A stretch of 62,173 nucleotides of DNA from Tubiluchus corallicola (taxonomy: Eukaryota; Animalia; Priapulida): NCBI GenBank assembly GCA_030141605.1, contig JAQGDQ010001109.1:1-62173 (forward strand), given 5' to 3'. The notes below the pieces were generated by a model. It saw nothing but the letters and a program-made list of their open reading frames with translations, was not told the DNA's origin and made no database searches. Below are positions 1-12,248 of this stretch, piece by piece. Made by a program: the position numbers and the translations under genes. Every line of letters starts with the position of its first letter. The stretch's first letter is position 1.

Positions 1-40
1 AACAATACAATACAATACAGATACAATACAATACAGATAC
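1..40. repeat. (AATAC)n-type pentanucleotide microsatellite remnant
   Basis: aacaatacaatacaatacagatacaatacaatacagatac at the window start. Confidence 0.7.
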
Positions 41-240
41 CTGTGCTACCTGTATTGTTTGTGACCTGAACAGAGATGATTTCTCCCTCATTACGTATCA
101 GCTAATCTTCTGAGCATTTAAATGTTTTTAAAATGGTTTTATAGTTGAAAAATAATGTCTGGATTTTACTGGATTTTTAACATGCTAAAACAAACTTACA
201 TTGTGTTTCATGTTATCAGCCAACAAGACTTTCAACTTAC

Positions 241-1176
241 CTGTCTTGTGATGCTTCCTCCTGATGCTAGATACGCTTCCACAGGATTAGGGTCCCCCTC
301 CACTACACCTATACAGGCATTCAGCCACAGCCAGTCTAAGTCACGAAGACGATTGCGCAGTTGCTTCAGTCGACGACCTTCGTCGTAGTTGTTTGGCATT
401 GCGGCCGTAGCACCGCTCAACACTTCGACGTTTTCTCTAGGCGACAGTGACTGTGGCCTACTGCGCTGCGCTCTTCCACTCGTAATAACGGCTGCATTTC
501 TATTGCTTTCCTCGCCGCGTTTATTACCGTCTGGAGAAAAATTTAATATTCGTCTTTCGTCTACATTCTGAGTTCGTTGAGATCGACTAGATTCTCCCTC
601 CTGAAAGGCAACGGGTTTTCCTCTAGGATGTTTACAGATAGTACAACGTAGTGATCGCGGCCAGTTCTCATATGTACAAGCCGAGCACGTCCATTTCATG
701 CACTTGGCTGCCGCGGCCGCCACACGAACATTGTGATCATTGTTCACTTCTTTGGCACGTTCTGGAGAATTTGGAGAGTTAGAGCAGCATCTTTCTGCTC
801 CTGATTCACTTACGCTCACATAAAGAGGTTTTGTCACCTCAACCGGACTTCTTCGGCGCAGCGTCAAGCACTGGGTGCACTTTGTCGCACGCGGCCAGTT
901 TAAATAAGTGCAGGCATGACAATACCACTTTTTGGTGGATTCGTTCCGACTGTTGCGATCTGTCGAACCACTTTCACTACCTGCTGTACTGCAAGAACCA
1001 GAGTCAGCACATATCAGAGGAGCAATCTTATAGATGTCTCGTTCTTCAGTAGAATTCTGATTAGCAATTAAGTGAAGAGGTTTTGGAGTATGACAAAGAG
1101 TGCACTTTAATGAAGACGGCCAATTAAAGTATGTACATCTTTCACATGCCCATTTTTTGCTGTCTGTGCCACTCAT
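241..1176 (-). CDS. ZRANB1: Deubiquitinase TRABID/ZRANB1, first coding exon (three NZF/RanBP2 zinc fingers plus start of the ankyrin ubiquitin-binding domain); gene continues past the left edge
   Basis: Three W-x-C-x2-C-T-Y-x-N-W-P-x4-C-x2-C fingers (KWACERCTYFNWP, KWYCHACTYLNWP, KWTCSACTYENWP). Then RLKQLRNRLRDLDWLWLNACIGVVEGDPNPVEAYLASGGSITRQ, matching the recalled TRABID AnkUBD start. ATG at 1176 (MSGTDSKKW); donor CAG|GTAAGT at 241/240; likely upstream acceptor tttttcag at ~1234. Confidence 0.93.
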
Positions 1177-1580
1177 AATACATGTGCAAGCAACGGACGA
1201 GTAAGGGTAACTAGGAAAACATATCAGCACATCCTGAAAAAGAAGCCATACTTTTACCTGAATTAGCATGTGTACCGGTATAACCCCTGCCCCTCTCTTT
1301 CCTCTTTTCATACTCCCTCTTGCCTTCTTGCTCTTCCACACAATTTCCAACAGGACAAAGACAACTCATCGACACAATGGACAATAGTAATCATATTAAT
1401 ACATTCATTTGTTGTATTTAAAGGAAAAGCCAAGAGAAGTTGAGCCTATTTTAATATCTGAGAAAAATATTAGACAGTTTCAGCAATAAAATTATGATAA
1501 TCATCTCGTAGAGTTAGTAAAGTCCATTTAAAGTCACTATCATTTCATATTTGAGCGTGTTCATTCTGAACAGAACAAAT

Positions 1581-1701
1581 GATGAACGAGCAGCTACAGT
1601 GATGAACGAATGGTTACAGTGATGAACGAGCAGTTACAGTGATGAACGAGCGGTTACAGTGATGAACGAGCAGTTACAGTGATGAAAGAGCGGTTAGAGT
1701 G
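1581..1701. repeat. 20-bp minisatellite, ~6 copies
   Basis: Unit gatgaacgagcagttacagt repeated with few substitutions. Confidence 0.9.
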
Positions 1702-1880
1702 CAACAAAACAGCTATCCCGCCAGATGCCTGTTACTGCTTGAGCAAACTTTCCTGCAACTGCAGACACTATGACTATCATGTAAATAATCTATGACACTA
1801 AATGTGAAATCATTAATTAACACCATTTGTTGCTTTTTAATTATTTTGCAGCCCACTATGTAATGGAACACAGTCACACG

Positions 1881-1945
1881 TCATTACTGATGATAGGATA
1901 ATAACCCTGAAACTGGGCTAGTTAACCCCGACATAGCAATAAAAT
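1881..1945 (+). ncRNA. Degenerate hammerhead-ribozyme-like remnant (probably inactive)
   Basis: CTGATGA (1887-1893), T, AGG/CCT stem, GAAAC (1909-1913), GGG/CCC hairpin, then AATAAA. The cleavage triplet reads GAC rather than GTC and stem I is poor. Confidence 0.35.
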
Positions 1946-4495
1946 AATTGTTTTAATAAGCTAAAACAAAATGGTACAACCTAAGTAAAACACCTGACAC
2001 CTACTACACGCTTGCAGAACTACATGCCTATCTGAAAGTCAACAAACAGATTATTAACTATAATCTGATTTGCATGTATTGATGCATTTTGAAGTACAAT
2101 CCTGTAGGTTAAAACTATGTTAAGATATGTTAGACATGTCTCTTCTATTTCGATAAGGATATTTTATGTCACACATACAAGTCAAAAAAGTATAATGTAT
2201 ACAATGCTGACAATAATAGTTGCTTAAGTGTGAGGGTAGTGTGAAGTGTGAAGCTCTATGACTATAAGCAGTCTCAAGGATGCTACCCTTCTCTAATCTG
2301 CAAGAATTATAACAGTAACGTGTGATGTGTCAAACGATAATACAATTACTAACAACATTTACATAGCCTATACTATTTAAGTATAAAATTGAATGTAATG
2401 GAATTGAAGAAATAGAATAAAAGAGAATTAAAATTAAATTATCTATAATGTTGTATAAATGAATGTACCACATAATAAAAAAAAGAAAGAAAAAATATTA
2501 CAAATTACGCCAATCAGAAATAACTAATGTAAATGCAAATACAATGGTGAAAAGAAAATTTTGATTTTTTGATTAATGAACTTGCCAGATTAAAAAAGTA
2601 AAATATCATAATTATGCCAAAACATAAAATGGAAAGGCAATAATCTGTCAGCTAGCCACAGTTTGATTAAAAAGAAATACCCTTTTACAATAATTATGGA
2701 TGCATATTTGGGGACTAATCAGTAAACGAAAAGTTTAAAATATTATTCACCAATAGCAGCAAGCCAACTAAAGTTTCACATCAAACCAAACCCACTCGAA
2801 AAGAGTTTACTTAATTCAATATTCAAAAATACTTATGATTATGGGCATGAAAATGATTGAAAGGGCAAGTACTTAATAATAGCTAAAATTTAGTTAATAC
2901 CAGCTTTGTTTTTACTCGTCACAGATGACGGGTAGATCTATGTACATGTCAAGAAGGAGTTAAAGAACAAATGCAACAAAAAGAATATTTTGTTTTTGTA
3001 ACACAAAATTTTACTAAATTATCACTAAATAGCTTAGGTTAGGGGTAAAAATTTCTTGACTTCAGCCTGCCAGCCTTTAAAATGCAAAAGCGTTGGTTTC
3101 CCCAGACCCAGCTGAGGGAGCTTACAGCACTAGCTCAGACCTCCAGACTGTTTTGGCTGTGATCTTACTCATTAGCTCATTGGTGTCTAGCAACTTGTTA
3201 GACACAAACATTTGATCAGCTACAATAGTGGAACTACTGAGTAAACTGCAGAAGTTTTGATATGCATGACTTCAGCCTGTCTTGTGTTTATAGGCTTATG
3301 TTTTTTTAAAATTCACAACGAGATTCGTTTAGTTTAAAGAACGGTCTCAATTTCTTTGCATTTCTAAGCGAGTCATTTTATCACGTATGTGTAGTAACTT
3401 CAATATGAAAAAGACTGTCGAATACGTGTATAGCCTAGGCTATTGTACTTTAATGCGTAACACTTCATAACTAACTTAAAAACAGCATTAATTTTGTTAG
3501 CAAATAGTGACATAAATAACTCCCGTTATTCCAAACTGACTGCTCAGCTCAGATCTTAAACGTTTGCCTTCTGATGTGAGCCGACAATTATTTCCTGATC
3601 ACAATTAGTTGTTAGGCTATATCTTATTTAAAATTATTCCCATGCTATAACATATTGACTATTGTATAACGTAGATCGGTAGAAGGTATTAATTTTATTA
3701 TACATACATGATGTATAAGACGTAATTTTGTATAAGATATAACCCTCTGTATTACTGGCTCTTAGAATAAATAAACAATAAATGGACATACAGACAGTTC
3801 TGTCAAATGCTGCTAAGATAACAATTAAAGGTAAAAAACGTAATTTTGGTTAGAAAAGTAAAAAAATGAAAAATAACTGATGACAGAGAATTTGTGCTGC
3901 GCTCTGGTGAATGCAATTGAATTGAATTGGTGGGCATAACGTAATATCTAATTGCTTACGACCAAGCCATAGGTCCGCCGCACCTGCCGTGAGCTTGTGA
4001 TAATCTATTCTAAGGCCTCTTTCTTTATTTCGTAATGACCCTGTTGTCAGAAATTCACAAAATTTCTGATGTTTCTCAGAAATCCATGCAGCAAGAAAGT
4101 TAACTTCACACTGAAACCGTTTGGTTTTTGCATGCGTCAAGTTAGCTGCAGCTACTTTGCGAGTTGCAGGCTTATAGTTATTACTTGTCATCATGGACAG
4201 CGAGGACGACGTAATGTTTTACTGAACGCTTACCATTCAATTAACGAAACAACATAGCACCGTGATATGTTGTTGCAGACTTGTATGGCTAGTAGAGAGA
4301 TGATTGGGTGAAATTCTGCAGCTACTACAAGAGTGCAGACAAGTTACTAGTTTTGCTGCAGCAATTAATTAACTTTCTGTAATTTGATGCTTCATATTAG
4401 AATCATGTCTAAATTGGCAATTGGTGCACCTCTCATATTTTGTACAAAACACAATCTATAATGCTAGTCAATGTAATGTCAGACCTGCTTGTTTT

Positions 4496-5124
4496 TTAAA
4501 GCAAACCTGGACCCGATCATAAACCATTGGTCAAAACCATCTACTCTTTAAAATATCGAAGTGAAACATACTATTTTTTCAAAAATGGCTTACGTCAAAG
4601 AATTATTACCAGGCAAACACAATTTCACATTCACGACATAAGTTCTTCGCTGTTACATGCATTTCACCATTTGCTAGTTAGATGGATACTAGCACCTGCA
4701 TTTTGGAAATGTGTTGCACAAAAGAAGGTGCTGTACCTCTCAGTTCAGATGTGCTAGTTTCTAGCGAACTACACTCATTCGACAGCTCATGCGTGTGCAC
4801 AGCGGTAAATTTGCAATTTGAAATTTTATCTTAAAATTTGCCTTGTTATAGTGCAACACACTAAATATCTTACAGTAGCACTGTGTTTCGATTTTCGCTT
4901 CCGCAAACACATGCAACATGCTCTTGGAATATTTTTGTAGTTGAGTATTATGTTAGTTTGTTATGTTATCAAAAGTTGTACTCGCCCATCATTAACTAAG
5001 TCCTTAATCTATTATTTAACACTATCACAAACACTTTTGCAGTATTAATTGTTTTAAAATTTATACTTTTTATTAGACTCGGAAAATGGGGTAGTATATG
5101 AAAAATTATCCCGTCTTCCATTAA
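4496..5124 (-). mobile_element. Non-autonomous TTAA-flanked DNA transposon, Kolobok-like family B
   Basis: Ends ttaa|agcaaacctgga ... cccgtcttcca|ttaa; body is the reverse complement of the copies at 8072 and 41913. Confidence 0.75.
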
Positions 5125-5163
5125 GTTTTACTAACCACTTCAAAATTTAAAAATATATATGTA

Positions 5164-5330
5164 TACAGTAAGTCCTTGCTTAACGATGCTACTGCATTCC
5201 AGCAAAACGTGGCGTTAAGCGAAATGTCATTAAGCAAAGCCAAGACTTCCATAGAAAGCAATGTAAAAGAGTTGAGACACGCTCCAGAGGCAAAAACAAG
5301 TGCTGCTTAAATCATATAAATGAAAGGTTT
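5164..5330 (+). mobile_element. pogo/Tigger-like MITE left end (right end not found)
   Basis: ta|cagtaagtccttgcttaacg...cgttaagcgaaatgtcattaagc...ttccatagaaagcaatgtaaa, a typical TA-CAGT Tigger-type terminus with subterminal repeats. Confidence 0.45.
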
Positions 5331-5789
5331 TATGAGCTTTACTCATGTTTCTACTGATTAATTCCTTTCTGTTTGATTGGAACTACCTATAGATCTTATT
5401 TACTTAGTTAGTGGTTTCTCCTTCATTAACATTTATAAGTGGGCAGCGGCTAAGGCGGTGAAATGGAAATGCCCGGCCTGTTGTGCTTCTTCCCCAGGAG
5501 GAAAATGAACCAGTTGCCCTGGTCCTAATTCACCTGGGGGAATACCTGTTTTCTTTCTTCCCCAGGAGCAATACCTGTTCTGCTTTTTCACCAGGAGCAA
5601 TACATGTTCTGCTTCTTCCCCAGGAGGAATACGGGGAAAGTGCCCTGCACAACAGGTGCCCTTGCAGAATGCCTGTTGTGTCAGCTTACCAAGGCATTAT
5701 ACATTTCTTAATAAAATCTTTGTCAATATAATTATGTGGAAAAACAATGTTATGCAAAAACTCATTAGCTAATTATCTATAATTACTCA

Positions 5790-6135
5790 CTTGCCTAGCT
5801 GACTGTTTTATCTACTGACTAACTGACTGACTCAAAAGAACAAAACATATGCAAGCAAACAAATGCATAAGCAGTGAACACATGCATGCATGTGCATACT
5901 GACTTACTTACTTACTGACTAACTAACTATGCAACTAGGTACGATTTAGTTAGTTAGTTAGTTTTTTGGTTAAGTTGGTTAACTAATTAGCTAATTAAGT
6001 TCATCAGTTAGTCAGTCAGTTAGCTTTGCCAAGTTTGGCAGATTTCCAGTATGGCATGTTTGGCAATTTGGCTTGTTTGACGGTTTGACAGTTTGTCAGG
6101 TTTGTGGTTTGGCGTGTTTTACAGTTTGGCAAGTA
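5790..6135. repeat. Degenerate (CTAA/CTGA)n followed by complementary (TTAG/TCAG)n tracts and GTTTGGCA-type short repeats
   Basis: actgactaactgactgact (5810-5930), tagttagttagtt and cagttagtcagtcagttag (5946-6022), and repeated gtttggca/gtttgaca. Confidence 0.6.
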
Positions 6136-6579
6136 TAACGGTGGAGTAGTGATGACAGTTAGGGGGAGGATTTTCTACCAGAAAGCAAATTCGAATCGAA
6201 TCGCATTTGTGATTTTCGAAGTCAAATCGAATTGAAATTCAGTATTTCGTATTCGAATCGAGTTTGAAAGATTTTCGAACCAGTAATAAAAAGTGGTCTT
6301 ACAAAGATCCCGCATATTTCTTGGTTATGTTTTGCAGTAAAACCACTATTAGTTTGTTAAAAATTTTGCCCAGAAACTGCAGCTAAATTGCGCTAGTTGC
6401 ATGCTGTTTCAAACATTTTAATGATAAAGAACCTATGTGATTGAAGTGCTGAATTAATCAGAATGATTCGAATCTATAATTTTAGGTTCGAATTGATTTC
6501 GAACTAAAAAAGCATTTTTAAAGCAGCGGCATCGTGCGTCGCGGACTGTCGAATTTCACACAGCTGTTAATAACAGAAA

Positions 6580-9500
6580 ATGGCAGCGATTGTAAAAAAC
6601 AAGTTGTTTGTGTCAGTAAATAATCTTTTTCGATTAAGTGCAAAAACGCCGTTTTGTACAAGTCGGAAACTAGCGGATTGCCATAAAAACCGTTTTTCTT
6701 TCTGTGTTTTTCTGAGTAATTATTTGCATTCAAATAAAAGGTTTTCTAATTCTAGAAACAGTGTAACAGGTACATTCTTTAAGGATTTAACGTTCACGTC
6801 TGATATTAACATTAGAGCAAGTCATCACCTTACCGTCCGAGCTTCAACAAATGATGTCTTTCAGCGTCTGCCCAATGTGTTTGTACGATTCAAATCTGGA
6901 AAAAGAAAGAAAGGAAAGGGTGATTCTGTACAGGTACGCAACAACAGAGCATATATAATATTTGGCCAGAAGTTATTCCTGCAATGCCTATTCAAAATCG
7001 ATCTTAAATGTTGCAGTTTTGGGTGGTGCAACAGCATTCGTCTGCAATTAGTGAAACTTTTTGCAGTTCATGTAGTATTGTTGAGCATTTAGAATGGAAA
7101 AGGCCTTTTATGTAGCCCTTTTCTCTAACTCTTGATTAGCTTGCTCCACTATTAATATTTGCTTGTGGCATGTCAAGTAAAAATCAAAGATTACAATGGA
7201 GTCATGTCCTTTATTCGTAATATTAACGCTCTAATATAGCCTTTTATGAATTTAAATTATCTACGTGAATAAGTAAACAATGGCTGTTATACGTTGACTG
7301 AGTGCTTTTTGATCCTGCAGTCGTGTTAGGTTTTAGACTTGTCAGGAAGTAGTTCTAATGCTCTTCAGTTTAACTTAAATTCCTCATGGCTTTTGTTTGT
7401 TATGCGTTTAATTAGCTGTAATTGTAGTGCGCGAAAGACTGTCCAAAACAAGATTGGTTGTTTCTGATCATATTTAACAATGTTTTATCTGTATGTTTAC
7501 TGTACAAATCAACGATTTAAAAACTTCAATGATTCAAAACTTTCAATGCAACAGGCTATACTGTATGAATCTGCCCTATTAGATAACTTCTAATAACTTT
7601 ATAATCAATTCTGTTCTGCAGTTTTTCTTGTTTTCAGAAAAATTTCAGCGTGGTCAATTATGTCTTTTGTTTTGATTTATAATCTTGTAATTTTTTGGTA
7701 CAATCTTGACAAAATTACATTTGCAATGATTACAGTTACAATGTTTTGTTTGGAGGATGATTTAGAACTAGAAGATCGTTCTGATGATGAAGATGAAGGC
7801 AGAAGTGAATTTGCTGATGAGGAGGAAGATGACGATGATGATGTTGGAGCTCCAAAAGACTATAAAGATGTAATAATTAGCGTGGCTTCGCTCAGAGCAG
7901 ATGCGGTATTGAAAGCTGGCCTTGGAATATCTAGAACGTTAGTAATTTTTGTGTTCATATGTATGTAATGATAGCCTTGCGAAGTAATAGTATTCAGCTG
8001 AACAAGTCTTTATTCATGTGTCTCAAGTAATTACTTTATCAAGCTTTGTTCACTGGTTATGTTGTATATCCTTAAAGGAAAACTGGATGATTTTTCATAT
8101 CCCACCCTATTTTAAGTTTGGTAAATAGTATACATTTTAGAAATTACAGTAATGTCAATTACAATAGTGCCAAAGTGTTTCTGATAAATAAATAATAGGT
8201 TTAAAAGTTAATTAAGTTACTGAGGAGCCCAACTATTGATGACATCACAAAAGAATGTAAGTTTCAACAGAGCAAGCATTCCTTGAGCGCGTTGTACGTG
8301 TTTGCAAAAGCGAAAATTGAAGTACAGTGCTACTGTACAACATTTTGTGTGATATACACGTCAGCAAATGTTATGTTTAAAATTTAAATTTCGAGCTTAC
8401 TGCTGTGCGTTCGCATGAGCTCTCGAATGTGTGCATCAGAGCGGAACACCTCTGGACTAAGACACACCTGTTTTTTGGGCACTAGATGCAGACGCTAGTG
8501 CCCATCTAACTAGTGAATGCCAAAATGGGTGTAAAAACAAAGAACTAACCCCGCGAATGCAAAAATACGTTTTTGTGGTAATAATTCTTTCACATAAGTT
8601 ATTCTTGGAAAAATAGTATGTTCCCTTGCGATGTTTCATAAGGTAGATTGTTTTGAGGGATATAGTTTCAGATGGGGTCTGGTTTTCCTTTAAGTTTCAT
8701 ACACCATCTTAGGATCCATGTAGGTTCTAGTTGGCTTGTAATATAGTGCGTTTCACTATTAAAACTAATAGATTCTCAAATTATTCACATCTAGTAATAT
8801 AATATGCAAATCCTGTAATTAAAACCTTTCATTATGAAAACGTTCGTTACTAATTGGCTAAATTTGTACATGTGTATTTTTATCATGTAGAAAAGTTGAA
8901 GATCAATTCTATCAGGGCAAGCTGTTTAGTAATGGAAAGAAGATTTTTAAAAAGAGCGCACAGGTACAGTTCAATTTATTGTCAATTCATTTTGTTACCA
9001 ATGTTGGGCATTATATTTATTTAGCATACGCAGTCATTTATTTGTTGTTGTTATTACTAATTGCTGATTATATATGTAAATAAATAAGCTTTGATAAGTT
9101 ATGTATCGCGGACTACTGCAAGTATAAAACAGTTGCGATTTTAAACACTTGTTAAAGCCACATTCATAGGTAGTTTTGACCTTGCATGGCATACGTGATC
9201 TCAACCTTGTACCTAACCTATTTTTAGACATTATGAATATCGTATGTTATAAAAGCCTTCTGGCAAACTAAATCGTTGGTAATGTGTAGATACTATGTCT
9301 TAGAGCACACAGAACATTACTCCCATTAGACGGTTTACTAATAGAATAGTTTTGATCACTGTTTATACTCATGTTAATTAATATTGTTTGTTTGTTGCAC
9401 TGTTATTGATGTTGTTTGTGTTTGTAAATATTGTAAAATATACATGTTAGCATTTCAACTAACTGTTTCTCCTTTTTTTAGCAATTTAAAACACAAATAA

Positions 9501-10071
9501 GTACGGTATTCTGCATATAAATATGTTTCTCATTTTACTCACGCTTTCGGTTTTGGTTATTAAAGAAAGGGTAATTAAAGAACCTCGGACCGTCAACGCT
9601 CCCCCCGTTTAAAGTATCAAATACCTAACAAATCCCGCCCTTTCTTTACATTATGAATTTTTAAATTGTTATGTGAAAGGCTCTGAAACTTGTGAGTATA
9701 ACATCTTTTCTTAGTCACTACAGTATTTATTAGGAAATTACATCATTCTGATTATTTCATGTGTTTAGTCGCATATATCATAGATTTCGAGTACTTTTAA
9801 CTAAAGATATTATTACCTCTTGAGTTCTAAAATACAGAATAACTTTGTTAATAATGGCTTTCAAGCAGTTAATAAACATACTCTCGGTGCATTGCAGGTG
9901 TCAATTGGAGACGAAGTGGACCTAGTGATTGGTGCTCATGCAGACAATGAAAACATGTTGGACGTTCAACGTGTCATCGTGAAAAGCGTGAAGGAAGAGA
10001 AAACAAAGCGAGGCAACTCAACGCTCAAAGTGCGAAGATGGAAAAATTTAACTGTGGAAAACTACCTATGA
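6580..10071 (+). CDS. MTRES1: Mitochondrial transcription rescue factor 1 (C6orf203-like, S4-like RNA-binding domain); 4 coding exons
   Basis: Exons 6580-6933, ~7756-7937, 8891-8963 and 9898-10071, with consistent phases. Basic presequence-like N-terminus, VRFKS motif and an acidic tract. SLRADAVLKAGLGISRTKVEDQFYQGKLFSNGKKIFKKSAQVSIGDEVDL...KVRRWKNL matches the recalled MTRES1 C-terminal domain. The exon 1/2 junction is ambiguous. Confidence 0.9.
8072..8693 (+). mobile_element. Non-autonomous TTAA-flanked DNA transposon, Kolobok-like family B
   Basis: ttaa|aggaaaactgga ... tctggttttcct|ttaa. Purine-start termini with TTAA fit Kolobok rather than piggyBac; homologous to 4496 and 41913. Confidence 0.8.
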
Positions 10072-11700
10072 CGTAAGAAGCAGGTGTAACGGAGGAGTGA
10101 CAGAGTGGAAAAGTACTACGGAAAACTACCTAGGACATGGCAGATGGGAGCAAGATGGTGGAAAACTATCGAAACTGATAACATTGAATTGATTGAGAAA
10201 AAGTTTGAGAACGAAGAAGTGCCAATTTAAAAGTGACGATAATCTAGGTATGATAATCAGGTGACCAGAATGATCTAGTGATGATACAACTGACAAGTGA
10301 CAGTGGAGAAGTATAACCTCAACTGAATACATACTTGTGTCAGTTTAACTAGTGATATTAGTAGCTATAAGATAATCTGACTGTATGTAAGTACTGTAAG
10401 CCAAAGCAAATTGCAACCAGTTTTAATATTCTTTATCATTTTGCTAAAAACTGATGTGGTTCCTTCTGACCTAGCTTGCTATATAGATCTTACATGAATG
10501 AAACTAACGCGGATTCAAATACTAGATCATTAGTATTAGAGAATTTTTACTTGCTTCTCTGATTTACTTATGTTTTCAATATACAATCTGCTAACGTTAT
10601 TTAAAAGGCAGCGTTTCATTCGAGAAATCTGTTGTCACGATTGTGACACTCGTTTTTCTAGATCTAAATGGTTTGGAAGAAGCACATCTAGACTTTTTCA
10701 ACCAGCAGGGCTGAAAACAGTACAGCTAAAGGAACCCTTTGCTAAATAATATTTATAACATCTAAGGCTTACGAACTATTGTTGTTTTTTGGGTTGAATA
10801 TTATAGCTTTCATTTACATGTTTAGCAGGCCCATTTTTAAAGTGCATTTATTTATTGAGGAGTCTTATGAAATTAAGCATTGACCTACTATGATGCCTTG
10901 CTATAAGTAATTTTACTGATATAGTTTGTACATGGCATTCAAGGTAAAAAAAATTTCTAATGCATTTGTATTTCAGCCCACCTTTGTCACAGTTTGACAT
11001 CTTTCGATGTTAGCTGGAACTGTGCCTGTCAGATATTTGCTTTTCGTGCGAGGTTGGGGCTTGGGAGCTAGCTGCTTTGGCAATCATTCTGGCCAAATTT
11101 ACCATCATATCAGATTTAAAAGGTATCAGTATTGTGACGCCTGTAGTTACCCCGACTTTTGAGCTGATTCCTTGTTCAAAAAAGAAAAAAGGTTTGGAGT
11201 GTTGCAATAATATTTACAAGTTTTGAATCAAGATTATGTATTTGATTAGTTTTTTCATTACACATTGTCAGTTAGTAGGCGAAAAATTCTGGTTTTTGAT
11301 AAAGAATATTTGTTTGATAAAGAATAAAGATATTTGTTTAAGAGGCAGTAGCATTATTGTCTTGAATGTATTATTATAATCATGGGAAACAGTTGACCTA
11401 ACGTGGATTTGAATCACCTTAAGTTGTGTGAAAATGAGTAATGACAGTTGAAACGCATTCAAAATGGCAAGGTGATTAAAAACACAGAAACACGAATATA
11501 AAACTGTCAATAACTTATATATCTTTTAATTATATAAGGCAAACAACAAGTTTTCATTCCACGTGTCACAAGAAAACAGAAACATACAAACATTGAGTTC
11601 CTATAATACAGCAAGTTTATAAAATTTTTCATTGTATATACATTATACATATAATCAATCCTAAATGGAATTTGTTTCATACACAACAACTGCGACATTA

Positions 11701-12248
11701 TTAAAGGAAAACCAGATGATTGTTTAGACTCAATCTCATTTTAATTTACTGTACAAAATACACATTTTCTTGCCTATAAATGTTAACAATTGTTCCTTAT
11801 ATTGGAATAATTAGCTTAGAAAGTTAATTAACGTCAACCGAACACAGCTATTGCTTACTTCAGAAACTGACCACGGTTTGTGCGATGGCAGGCATCTCTT
11901 GTGCGTCAAGTGCGTTTGCATAAGTGTTATTGCTTAAACGCGTGATGTCACGAAAATGGGCTCTTATGTCATGACGTCAGAAACTAACACTGCAGTTCAT
12001 GATTATGGTTATCACAGTACCGCCTTCTATTTGTCGGCCACGCGAATGTGATAAAAAGGCGCCGTTGCCAATCTTACTAGATTCACTGAGCCGCGCGTAG
12101 CTTTGAAACCTTAATGGAATTTGAGTATCCGAGGTAATTATTATTTAATCTAAGCTTTGATTTATAAAAAAACTATTGTAGTTTTCAATGTTTTAGAGCG
12201 TTCTTTATTCTGAACTCGTGTTTACACAATCATCCGGTTTTCTTTTAA
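11701..12248 (+). mobile_element. Non-autonomous TTAA-flanked DNA transposon, Kolobok-like family A
   Basis: TIR ttaa|aggaaaaccagatgattgt ... acaatcatccggttttctt|ttaa; closely similar copies at 16025 and 36129. Confidence 0.85.

Noticed and set aside
1177-1350. 58-aa N-terminal extension of the ZRANB1 ORF
   Set aside because: It starts at a non-ATG codon and crosses a good splice acceptor at ~1234; homology begins at Met 1176
3850-4257. 114-aa and 62-aa ORFs between ZRANB1 and MTRES1
   Set aside because: No recognisable motifs; the region may hold non-coding first exons, but this cannot be supported from sequence alone
10069-10330. Stop-codon readthrough or extra coding sequence after the MTRES1 TGA-C, with recurring gtggaaaactac-like words
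   Set aside because: An in-frame TAA follows five codons later; the repeats look like decayed duplications in the 3' UTR
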